From Phoronis australis (taxonomy: Eukaryota; Animalia; Phoronida): DNA of 64,000 bases. The stretch spans positions 308,104-372,103 of the forward strand of contig NMRA01000115.1 in the NCBI GenBank assembly GCA_002633005.1. The letters are read 5' to 3'. Both the position numbers and the translations under genes were made by a program. Shown piece after piece: positions 52,716 to 64,000 of the stretch. Numbering within the stretch: the stretch's first letter is position 1; every line of letters begins with the position of its first letter. The notes beneath the pieces are model-generated. The model worked only from the letters and a program-made list of their open reading frames with translations. It was not told where the DNA came from and ran no database searches.

Positions 52716-53294
52716 CAGTGTTGTAGTGGCAAACTTAGAGGTAGGCTTCGTAGGTGCTTTGGCAAAGCGGCGTGTCACCTCATTTGAGCACTGAATTTTT
52801 TAGTAAAAGTGCATTGAATTCGCAAAACCTGACTCACTGTTTTTGACTCACGGGTTTGCATTTAGTTCGAGACTGCAGAGGCGAATCTAGGATATCGCGG
52901 AAAGGGGGCCCAACCAAACATATTATTAAAGGAAGGCAAAGGTCCGCGTGCAGGCCCAGCGTTTTTTCAAGGGGGCCCAAACCCAATTATAAAGAAAAGA
53001 GGTGCGTAAGGCCCCAACACGATATACTGGCGGCGTTTTTAATCGCCCGTGAGGTGTGTCCTCGGGGCCCTTTGATCGTCTGATACTATCCAGTTCATTT
53101 CTCTGAATCCTCGTTCACCGTCGGCTGTACTGCAAGAAAGAGTCTTGATGCATAATGTAAAAAGAAAGTTGGCTGCGCCTAGTAGGTGCGCCTACGCCCC
53201 ACTATAACGTAACTTAAGGTGCGTAGACGCTACGTTCAAATGCTAAAAGGTGGTTGGCTGCGCCTTCGTGCGCCTACGCCCCACTACAGCACTG
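52716..53294. mobile_element. CAG-TIR element with duplicated GTGCGCCTACGCCC motifs
   Basis: TIR CAGTGTTGTAGTGG / CCACTACAGCACTG; direct repeats GTTGGCTGCGCCT...GTGCGCCTACGCCC at ~53168 and ~53253; no TSD. Confidence 0.55.
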
Positions 53295-54568
53295 ATTAGA
53301 TAATGTCAGTAAAAGGCAAATGACAAAAGGCCGCAATCCGACAGATCGGTCCGGCGGCTTGCTTTCTCTGAATACACGCCCAGGAGTGGCAACCGATCCC
53401 TTATTAAGGGACAAACTCAATAACTAATCACAAAGAATTGTACTTATCACGCACCGGTAATATTGGTGATCGAATTGTTTGATATTCAGTGTTATGGGGA
53501 GACTCAAAAGTATTCCGTTCCCGCGGTAAGCCATTGATAAAGCGTTGTGTTTTAACAGCCGTATCATTTGTTCACCAACAGTCTGCCATGACCTGTTGTA
53601 GACCAGTCTTTGTAAAAAATAACTGCTGATTTAAACCAGTTGATATCCAATATTACCCTTGATCCGCCAAACTATGACGTAATGAAACATAAGAGGATCC
53701 AAGAGGTCAAGGGAGTCCGGAGTCCTCCGGACCCCGTTTTCTCCATTGATTTTAGCGATATTAAATCTAGATTTTTTAAATTATTGACATGGACGCCCCG
53801 TTTTAAAAAATACTTAATCCGGCACCCCTTTTAAAAATTCTGGGTCCGCTCCTATCTGAGAAAACAAAAAGGTGGAGTTGGAACAGAACTAGTAAAGATT
53901 CACTTTTTATGGAAGCTCCCTGCAAATGGTCTCTGCTTCGTGTTTACTTTCTAAATGGGTGACATCCTAATTTTCCAGCTACGCACCACTTTAAATATAC
54001 TAAAGTACCCGGATGCACAACTCTCACTGCCAAAAAAGAGCAAATCATGGTGTGTAAAATTCGAGCAAAGATGCACGTGATATTGAAAAGCCTAGGTCTT
54101 TCTGCACATCGATGGCAAATGAAAAGCGGTGATTTGTTGCAAGGGTGCGATTTGTTGTGAAAAGAAACAACAAACGGACCCGAGGGATTGACATTCGCTT
54201 CAGTCTTGAAGGAGTCAAAGATCAGCCCTCGTGCAAAAGTGGAACATTTACAAAAACAATTTCTAACAATGTTTTGGAAAAACAGTGCATCAAGCATAGT
54301 ATCTGAAAGTTACGTGTGGTGAGTCCGATCTGCCATATCTGAAAGACGATGTTCCGAAGATAGCCACAGTTGGGCATTTTTCCCATGATCCCATATTTCG
54401 CAGTTTTAGTGTTGGCCAACCTCAATGAACTCTTGAGTAGCTGTTGGCATCAATGTTCTTGTTGGTAACGAAGCTAGAATCCTATCGAGGTTAGGTCTAT
54501 CATAAGAACGATTTCCGCGAATGAAATATCTTAGAATCCGATTTTCCTTTTCAGTCAGCTCGTAATCA

Positions 54569-55100
54569 GGCTCGCGGGTTCCTTGCGTGCCGCTAGGTGG
54601 TAGCCAACACGCAGGTATCACTTAATTTTCCTCGGGAAATTTTTTTACACCGGCATATCTGATTGGCGCTTTACGCAAACAAACTGGCATGACTGATGGA
54701 GGAAGTACAAATGTGGTCTGTTGTACAGACAAACTGGTGCTTAAAATTTATGTTCGGGAAATGTGAACCCAAGAATCTTTCTACTGTCGATGACTTTTCT
54801 TTACGATACTGTTTTGTAGTCATAAAGTATGAATAACACACCGGTTAAATCAATTAGATATGTGTTTATTGTACATGTATGTGCTTCAAGCACGCGGCTA
54901 TTAAACATTAGGCCTACTGCAGAAACGAAATAGTTGCTGCTACGCCACTTGCATGACAAGGCTAAAAATCGTTCATAGGCAGCCATTTTTTCACGTTGTT
55001 GTAAAGCTGACTAATGACTGCCGTAGTTACATCAACCAATGGTAAAGCGCGTGCTACTGCGTGATACCTGCGTGCTAGATAGGCACGTAGGGAACCAGCC
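54569..55100 (+). mobile_element. MITE-like element X (~530 bp)
   Basis: Ends GGCTCGCGGGTTCCTTGCGTGCC and GGCACGTAGGGAACCAGCC; body is the reverse complement of 55311-55877. Confidence 0.75.
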
Positions 55101-55310
55101 ATTAACCAGGGCGACTCTCTTAGGCGACATCTATTGATAAACTTCGATTGTAGTGGTGTCCACTATCAGTGTTGTATTCCCCTGACGCAGGAATTTCGCT
55201 AGTAATGTGAAGAGGATCACATGCTTCATTTGCTATGTATCCGAGTTTCTTTTTTCTGCGTACACACACCCGCAGTAAATGTATATGATCAGGGCATGTG
55301 CGTGTATCTA

Positions 55311-55877
55311 GGGCTCGCTGGTTCCCTACGTGCCTAGCCCCTAGCACTCATGTATCACGCCGCGGTGGCACGCGCTTGGCATTAGTTGATGTAACCTCAG
55401 CAGTCATTGGTTAGCTTTACAACCCCGTGGAAAAATGGCGGACTGTGGACGATCTTTAGCCTTGTCATATGCAAGTGGCGTCGCAGCCACTATTTTGTTT
55501 CTGCAGTGATGAGTGTTGAGCCGCGTGCCTGAAGCACATACATGTACAACAAACACACATTTGGTCGATTTAATCAGTGTGTTTTTCATACTGTATGAAT
55601 ACAGGACAATATCGTAAGCAAAAGTCATCGACAATAGAAAGATGCACTCCGAAAAGGCGATACCACACTTTCTAGGTTTCACATTTTCTGAACATGAATT
55701 TTAAGCACGCAAGTTGTCTGTACTACAGACACTTCCGTGCATCAGTCATGCCTGTTGAGTATTTGACCAGCCAATCAGAAACGCCAGTGTACAATGTACA
55801 AAAATTTCCCGAGGAAAATTAAGTGATGCCTGCGTGCTGGCTACTCACCACCTAGCGGCACGCAGGGAACCAGCGAA
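55311..55877 (-). mobile_element. MITE-like element Y, inverted copy of X
   Basis: For example CACTTAATTTTCCTCGGGAAATTTTT (~54620) versus AAAAATTTCCCGAGGAAAATTAAGTG (~55800); TIRs CTCGCTGGTTCCCTACGTGCC / GGCACGCAGGGAACCAGCGA. Confidence 0.75.
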
Positions 55878-58018
55878 GTATGTAGGGTCACGTGCCTATG
55901 TGTGTGGACCAATGAGATAAATTTACCAGTATTTTAAAACATCATTAGTATGATTTCAAATTTTATTCTGAAAAGTTCTTTGTTTCCATAAGGCCAGCGT
56001 GCTTTTCCTTACATTTCTTGAAATTAAATACATGTACCAACAAGTTTGAAAATATCCCCAATAGTAAAGCATGTAAACCTGTGACCCACGCATTGCATAT
56101 AACCAGGAAGAGACCATTGCATAGCTGAAATTTTCACGGAGTGTTGCTAGGGTCTGGGGGGCGGGGGGGGATGTTGTCGGCTCAGTCGAAAAGACAGTCA
56201 CCGAAATGTAGACATTATATAATGTTTGGTAAATATTTGCTTTATACAACGAGGGAATATACAATATACAGTCATTAGATTTTCCGTCGATATAATTGTA
56301 TAGAACAAATGTTTTTAAACAATTTAAAAAATGTTTACAAACCAACAAGTCGATCAGCAGCCAGCCAGGGGGGGAAGGGGGGGCGCTCTCCGGCGCGCCA
56401 TTGAATCACGGCATTACCAAAGTTTTTGGCCCGGGCTCGATAGGGAAATTATTTTCTGTCAGCATTAGTTCATCCTGTAGCCGGGTCCACACAATAAATA
56501 GTTCTAATAGGCTCACTCAGCTAAATTTAATGAACTTTCATTGACCTCGACTAGTGTTTAACAAGACCCCGTGGAGGTCGAAGTGTGCATTTGCACGGAC
56601 CCAATTTCCCGAAAGCTGATTGGAATTGTCTACTTCAGGTTATACCAAGGAATTATAATTGCATAGATATGCACACGTTTTTTTTCACAAATAAAGTCAC
56701 TCTTGAGTCATAGATTCTGTTGTAAAGATACACGACAACTGCAATACAAATACATAGGCGGATTTAGAGTTCTCAAAAGGCGTTCACAATCTAAATTTTT
56801 ACACCTGTCCAATTATTGTACCCCTTGGATCCGACCATGATGTGCGGAATCACAGATTTTTTTCTGTCAAGAACAAGCAAACATTTCAATCTGATTGGCT
56901 ATCCAGAACAACAACAAAATTTCACCCTTAATAGAGGCAACACATTAAGATACGGTAGCCATTCCAAATAATAAAGTTTCGATTTATATCAAAGTATCAC
57001 CGTCACGTAGTAAAAACACCGTGACATGGGATATAGGACTATCTAGCTAAGACAAAGTTACTGTAGCCTACTGGTACATGTACTCCACTTCAGCAAAAGT
57101 CAGATTTCAACCAACTCGAATTTAATCCCTTGAATGAGTTGGATCTGACTTTTACTGTCACACAATTCTGTTACTAGTACCAGGCCTATTTCAGTGCACA
57201 GTATGTCCTGTAATTGACACAAAATAAATATAACTCTACCTGCCCTGTCCTACATGCCGCATACCCAGGCATAAATACAGTGTAAGTACCAGAAGACCAT
57301 CGTCTTATACCTGCAAACAGGACAGACTATAAAAATGACGGTTTTTCTCAAGTAAGACAGTTGCAGAATTGAATAGCTTAATTGCCAGGCTACATCTACA
57401 TAACATCTGTCCCATCTCTTGAGATCCAAGGACGCACGCCATCTGCCTTCCCAACTTAACATTGTGGGATGTAGCATTCTTGGGACACCCCTTCCTTCCC
57501 GTACATGTCAGAATGTTTAGTTGTTCTCCAGGCCCTTAGCCAGGGGGNNNNNNNNNNNNNNNNNNNNNNNNNNNNNNNNNNNNNNNNNNNNNNNNNNNNN
57601 NNNNNNNNNNNNNNNNNNNNNNNNNNNNNNNNNNNNNNNNNNNNNNNNNNNNNNNNNNNNNNNNNNNNNNNNNNNNNNNNNNNNNNNNNNNNNNNNNNNN
57701 NNNNNNNNNNNNNNNNNNNNNNNNNNNNNNNNNNNNNNNNNNNNNNNNNNNNNNNNNNNNNNCCGCGGAAGAGGTCCATCCCCAGCCTATCCTGTTGCAG
57801 CCAGTGGTACTACTAACTACATATTTTGAATTTGCTTCTGATTCAAAGCGCTCCAGGTAGGCTGATCATCGGGCCATACCCGGCCAACTTCGCCCGAGTG
57901 GTTTTGACGTAGATGACAGAAATCGTACAGACGATTACAGGAGGCTTCATGTTACTATCGGCATTGAACGCACGTGGTGGTTACAGCGTAGGGTAACATG
58001 AGAGTCTAGATGTAAATG

Positions 58019-58157
58019 CAGGGGCGGATCCAGGATTTTTATTTAGGGGGGGGGCAGAGCAGAGTATTAGCCAGGATTTTGGCCGTCAGACGGCGCACCC
58101 CCGAAACACCAAATGGAATCTGGGAGAGTTTCAGGGGGGCCTCTGAATCCGCCACTG
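58019..58157. mobile_element. Short CAGGGGCGGATCC-type MITE; relatives at ~5400-5546, ~52876, ~53690-53855 and ~56755-56840
   Basis: TIR CAGGGGCGGATCCAG / CTGAATCCGCCACTG; flanks AAATG/AAATT. Confidence 0.7.
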
Positions 58158-60780
58158 AAATTTCTATACCTAGCTAAGCTACATAGCAGCAAGAGAGCTC
58201 TGAAAAAGTAGTGCGGTGTGAATGCCTTAAAATCGACCAATAAACAAAACAACAGAAAATAGGTTTGTTATCTAATATTGCTTGCTAGCATAGTACGGTA
58301 AAGGGCAGGGGTTTTCAAATTTGGAATTGAAAGTCTTCGTCAAATACAGGTATGTGCATTGGTAGATTGGCATGCACGCGTGTACACGCGTGTGCGTTTC
58401 CGTCCTTTTAAAGTCCTGGTCTCAAACTGCCCATGTGGTTTCAGTATCCGAAAAACTTACTACATAAAATCTTATTTTCGACACCCTTTATTTATATCCT
58501 TTTCGCCTTTCTTGCCAAAAGCGATTTTAGCAGTATTTGACCCTTCTCTGTGAGCGTATAATTACCGGCTGTCATCGGTTATTTCCGTACCCACATTTCC
58601 GGCTCATAAGTTCAGGAACTTGTCCTGAACGCCGCCATTTTTTCTTGTAACTGAATGTGCCATCGCTTGCTTGAAAAGTCTTCATTATTTTGTTCTATTA
58701 GTAATGTCTCGTGATTCGTTTGTGTTTGTAGTGTATTTATAGTTTGTAGTTAGTGGTCGTTTGAATTTTTTTTGGATTGTTTTGCGTACTTATTATGTTA
58801 AAATAGCATTGGTGTTAAGTTCCTTACGTAGGGCGGTCGAACCTAGGAACCAATATGAGTAGAACCAATTTTTTCTGTTTTGATTTTTTTCTCGTTTTGA
58901 AAGAGTGCTTTGCTATCATCGAAAAGGTACTGCATTCTACTGAGTAAAAATCGAAAAAGTATCAAAATCGGGCAAGCACTGTAAAGTTATTGCAATTTTT
59001 GTGGCGAAATTTGCGGGGTCACTTTGTTTGGATCGCATCGGCCATATTGGAGGACAGCGGTATAAGTTACGAGTTTAAAACTTTGTGTAACTTGTTTTCG
59101 CCCACAATTTACGGTGAAATTTAGTTAGCCATATCTTTACTTACTATTCTACACGATTCAACAGTGTTCACCAAATTTCAGCCTCGCAGTTGTTACTCAT
59201 TAAGTGATAAAGGTGCTCACAATTCCCGTTGGACTCATTTCTGGCGGCACCGACAAAATGGCGACTTTTGCTGAACTGGAAGGCATGTTCAACCTGTTAC
59301 TTTGTAATTTTTGAATATTTAACGTTGATACATTTTTACAAACGTTGCTACAAAAAAGGAACTTTGTTCAATTTTCGTGTTTTTTGTGCAAAAATATAAG
59401 ACAATTCTAATTATTTTACTGTGAATTTCCCATTCAGGTGATCTTACACTAAGCTAAAAAAAATAGTTGAAATAAGTTTGAAATGGTTTTTTGTTTGACT
59501 ATCAACTGCTGTTCAAGGCTTGATTAGGTGTCACAAAATGATTCATATTTTTTTAAATTTTTGTAACTTATTGCTTCTTAATTAATTCAGGTTATCAAGT
59601 CAACAATATGAATAATCTTAATTTGAGAAATAAGCTGTTGGATTGTGAAGCTTCAAGCCTCCAATTCTTGTTCCTTGCAACTTCATATTTTTTTAATCAT
59701 GCTTGTCAAATTCTGGTGTAAGGAAACACTATTCGGTCACCATGGTAATAGTTACATGTATGTCCACTTTCATAACGTGGAAACTTTTGCTGTTGAATAG
59801 TGTTTGTAGTGCTAAATGTTGTAAAGTATTGTGCATTTTAAGTTACTTATTATGTTAAAAGGTTGAATCATTTTGGCTCAATGAATAAAAAATGATAATA
59901 TTTTGTTTTGGACTTGTCATACTTATGTGCTCGAACGAGCCCCCTATTTGGAGAAATGGAAAAAGGTCATCTGCCTCAGTCAGAGAAGCACGAACTCAGA
60001 AAAAAGTAGAAAACGAGACGATATTCCACTAGAAGACAGGAAATACCAAAATTTAGCGTCTGTAATTCATAAATCTGGACATACCCAGTGAATCTTATAG
60101 TAAAAGATAGACATTCCCAAAAATTCCAGCCCTCCATTTTTTAAGCTTGTTGCGCTCATACAAAGTCTGGGAAAACCTCTGTTGAAAGCCAACAACTTTG
60201 CACAGTTCGCCAGAAGTACCCAAGTTCTAAATAAACCTCGTTTGAGCGAGCGCTGTGGCCTGCGACCAGGTAGGCCTAAGGGTAGCCTTGGCCCAAAGCT
60301 GTATGGGCCTACTAACAAGCTAGCTGTATTTTGACGGTAGTCTTCATACTGGTAGCTGGCAATGAGGCTAGCTAAGGACACAGGATTAACCAGTCCGTAA
60401 TTTTATGCAAGTGTCTGAAACTAACTTTGAATATATACGGCATTTATGATTTGAACATTTTACTTCGACAAAACAGCTTGCAGCCTCATGCCTTTACCGT
60501 TCGCCAGTGTCTTGTCTCGATCTGCACCGGGTCCAATAGGCTGCGGTCCCAAGTCCGGCAAAATAATTTCTGTCAAAATTTATTCGCCACATTTCTTCCG
60601 CAAATTCTACAAAATTGTCCGTATTTTGATTTTATCAAAATTAAGGCGTGCTGTCAATTATTTTATCCCCGTTTGCCGGCTGGTAACAGGCACTCGTCCA
60701 CACTGACGGCGTTTTCTTACCCTGGGTTCCTGAATGAATTGTACTTCCGGGTTCACGGCNNNNNNNNNNNNNNNNNNNNN

Positions 60781-61895
60781 CCCCCCCATCCACCCGGGCA
60801 ACTTTTCGCTCCCCGGACCACCGTCGCCGTACAATATTCAGACTCCTATAGAAACAACTTTGTTCCGGCTGAAGCAGGCAATTAAAACAAAATTATTCCG
60901 GGTGGTTAAAAAGGGTACAGTGTAAATCATAGCGCACTACAAACGACCGCGCGTGGTTTAAAATTGACACGCAGCCTATATGGTTTTTCCCTCTCATTTT
61001 ACACAAAAAATCAGCTTTCAAAACACGTTTTTCCTCAATATGTAAAAACCAAATCCCGGCTTAGTTTTATACCTCCGAAAGAAAGTTAACACTAATGACA
61101 TGCGCGTCGTTTTGTGACTGACCTATTTTTCCCGTACTTATAAGGTATTGATGAGCAAACTCGCCATTACCCGATGAAAACCTGTACGGAAGGAGTCGGG
61201 AATTATTTCGAGGCTATTCATTTCATTGAAAACTAATTGTTGACTACGTAAACAGCATAAGTACCCCATTTTTGTTGTGAAATTTGCACTGAATTGTTTC
61301 CTCGCATCCAAATAGGTCATTTGGTTAGGGCATCGTTTCACTGATTTTTTCGACAGATGTTTTTCAAACGTCGAGTTAAGTTGCAAAATTTGGGCTGCAA
61401 ACAAAAAGCGGAGGGAATTTGCACTCCGAGTTAGTTTGAAGCTTTGACGACTTTGATTATAGTCAGTAACAGGTCAGACCTAGCAAAATTCCGGATACTT
61501 TTTCAACGGGCATTTTCTACCTTTTCACATCGCAAACTTAGCTACTCGAATGCGCGAGTCAGTTAGAGAGCACTTATTCAACTTTCACGTCGGCAACTTG
61601 CCTCGCGCTCTAGAGCCTTCCAATGGCGGTCGTGAAGAACAGTTACGCCGTACCTGCATGAACGAAGTCAAATTTGTGATATGAAATTTGTGAGTATTTA
61701 ACGCTGCAGGCAAGAGCATAGTCTAAACATTTTCTCGATGATCTAAAAATTCTACCTTGGCGCGTAAAAATGGCGGGAAAATTTTGCGACCTGGCATTTA
61801 CATGCATGAATGCGAGCTGGATTTTGAAAATGCGACCTGGGATTTTGGCTAGGTCGGAAAATACGACCTGGCAATTTTAATAGCGTCGAGCTCTG
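60781..61895 (+). mobile_element. Second, partial copy (right half) of the 24962-27129 element
   Basis: Colinear with ~26030-27129 and ends GCGTCGAGCTCTG; no left TIR found. Confidence 0.85.
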
Positions 61896-62259
61896 GTACG
61901 GATCATGTATTAGTTATGGGGTAGGTACTTCTTGGATCATCCTTATAACATCCTCTAACCATGTAATAAGGGTTAACAACGTGTGAGACCAGGACTTTAA
62001 TTTCAGTCGAAGCCGACAGTAAGTTAACTATAGGCAGCCCTCCGTCATTGCTCAAAAACCAGAATTTAAGTGTAATCGCGTTTGCTTGCTCTGAGAAAAC
62101 ACCGACGAGCATGCTCACATTTTTGGGTAAAAGTATACCTAGACCCAATAAAAACTTTGGTCAATGAAGATATAGACTTCTCTTGTCAATAGTGTCAATG
62201 GTGCACATCCTCACGTTCATACGAGCAACTAACTTAATGGAAAAGATTTCCTAGTTTAG

Positions 62260-63576
62260 ATGCCACTTTTCCGAAGGTTCGCTCCTCCGAAGGTCCACTA
62301 CTCCCAGGATTCGCCACCTTCGAAATTTCACTACGATGAATGTCCACAACTCCAAAACCAGACCTCCTACCATTATTATTTTTTTCTTAAATATAAGCAC
62401 AGCACCAGGAGTCGCTTCGCATTATATCCAGGTTCTAATTCACACCCTTGCGCCTATTCACTAGTAAGACCGAGCTCAGAGGAGTAGGAGACGCCTTTGC
62501 CAGTGTGCAATGCTCGATTGTCAGCCAGTGAAGCCAGGATTCGAACCCAGGTCTCTCAAACAGGAGTCCCGACCTAAAACCATTGAGCCACAGGGTTCAT
62601 TACTCTGATTGGAGTAGTATCAGACATGAATAAAGTATTGGTATTTGTGTCCATTTAGTAACCATTTAGAGGGCGTTCAAAAGTTGTCTAGTTCTTAATA
62701 GGAATACGTTGATATCAGTGTTTACAAATGAGCTCAATTCCTGTCACTGCCAATCGTGATTCTTGAATCTAATGAACGACAAATTCTCAAGCATGGACAA
62801 CATCTGGGACACGGGTCAGGGCTGCAGCGACCAACGGTTTTAAATTTAAGAAGACTGAATGGCCGGCTCACTGACTTCGTGAAGACTGTCAGGGACAGGG
62901 TAGCCCGCTAACTATATTTAATTTTGCCCCGGCCGCGTGAGTGGTTCCGGTGGGTGAGGTTCAGGCGCAGCGGCCCTAAACTTTTCAGTCGCGCTGTGAA
63001 ATGCATGCGCGAACCCAAGGGGAGGGGGGGCTTGAACGAGCCCTCCGTTTGGCGAAGTGGGTAAAAGGTCCGCCTCGGGGAAACAAAATGTCCGAGAAAA
63101 CGAGACAAAAGTCCACTAAAAGGGCGCAGACGCACAGTTCACATACCTGAAGGAGGTGCCCTGTTTTTTTAGTCCTCACGCTTTTTTGTTGGCAAAAGGT
63201 CCACTTTGTCAGAGATTCGAGCCCTCTGCGCTCGGTGCGCCCATGGAAATGATGCTACCTTGACATGGATTTGATGAATGTATCGTGGTAAATAATTCAT
63301 CAGTATTCCCACTCCATATTTTTCAAAATCCAATAACGTTCTCATTCTTCCGTGTTCGTAAGACATGCGGGAAATTTCGCATGCGCATGAAATCCAAACA
63401 AAGTGTTTTAGTACACGAGCGTTATTTTTCGGTATAGGTACACCATTCAGTGTATCTAATAACCGAAGTATCAATAATTTTTGCATGTAAATTACACATG
63501 AGTTGAAAAAGTTGGCCTTTTTGCAGTAGTGAACCTTCGGAATGGCGAACCGAATGGTAAGTAGTGGGCTGTTCCC
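62260..63576. mobile_element. Probable DNA element with repeated CCGAAGG subterminal motifs, carrying a nested SINE
   Basis: GGTTCGCTCCTCCGAAGGTCCACTACT (~62276) is near-complementary to AGTAGTGAACCTTCGGAATGGCGAACC (~63525); boundaries approximate. Confidence 0.45.
62372..62595 (-). mobile_element. tRNA-derived SINE
   Basis: Minus strand: GTGGCTCAATGG A box, GGGTTCGAATCC B box, GAGCTCGGTCTTA core, A-rich/(AAT)n tail; no acceptor stem, so not a tRNA gene. Confidence 0.75.
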
Positions 63577-64000
63577 ATTTCCAACGACATAAGCAACTTA
63601 AGAAACACTAAAATTATAAGTAGATAAAAGTTTTGTCAAGTTATTCTACGACTAAATATTTCTGTTCGAGTAGGTGTAATCGCTCATTTAACCATGCCTG
63701 ATTTGAAAATTTGACAGGAAGTAACGCGAGAACGTTTTGGACCTCATTGCATCCGAATTGAGTCCCGTTCTTTGCGAGCAACCGTCACGGCATCCTCATC
63801 TCTGGTATTACTTATTCTGTCTCATATCAACAACACAGAGCTGAGAGTTATCGTTGTGTATACAAATTCCACTTTCCCCTTATAAAGCTGCGTCAACCGT
63901 TGGCCTTAATGAAAACTCCACAGTGTTGACGTTTGTAAAATTTCAAAGGTCCACCGTTCAACAAATTCGAACCACACCCTGCGCAATGCTGGCTACGGGT

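Noticed and set aside
62500-62595. tRNA gene (also 35525 and 44004)
   Set aside because: A and B boxes are present, but there is no cloverleaf or acceptor stem, and a shared SINE body follows.
51720-64000. A divergent neighbouring gene upstream of ZSWIM
   Set aside because: No exon with a recognisable protein motif was found; the region is dominated by repeats. Small exons cannot be excluded without RNA data.

Overview
Eukaryotic, AT-rich genomic DNA from a draft assembly with three N gaps; most likely an invertebrate bilaterian, but the species cannot be assigned from sequence alone. The only well-supported protein-coding gene is the 5' part of a ZSWIM4/5/6-family gene (BC-box/Cul2-box plus SWIM zinc finger) on the minus strand. 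I reconstructed six exons by hand with GT-AG boundaries and a continuous frame: 51238-50812, 11802-11712, 4041-3914, 2527-2384, 1490-1342 and 844-694 (1090 nt, about 363 aa). The gene continues off the left edge, and intron 1 is 39,009 bp. Introns and the upstream region are dense with non-autonomous DNA transposons (three 506-bp Harbinger-like MITE copies, CCGTA-TIR Tc1/mariner-type elements, a 2.2-kb CAGGG-TIR element with a 5-bp TSD, foldback elements), tRNA-derived SINEs and a minisatellite. Nearly all short ORFs in the supplied track are noise. I found no CRISPR, phage or prokaryotic system and no demonstrably new biological system. The best leads are inverted repeat pairs positioned to pair in the pre-mRNA around exons 2 and 4, a dense Sox-motif cluster in intron 2, uORFs ahead of the start codon, and several possibly uncatalogued TE families.
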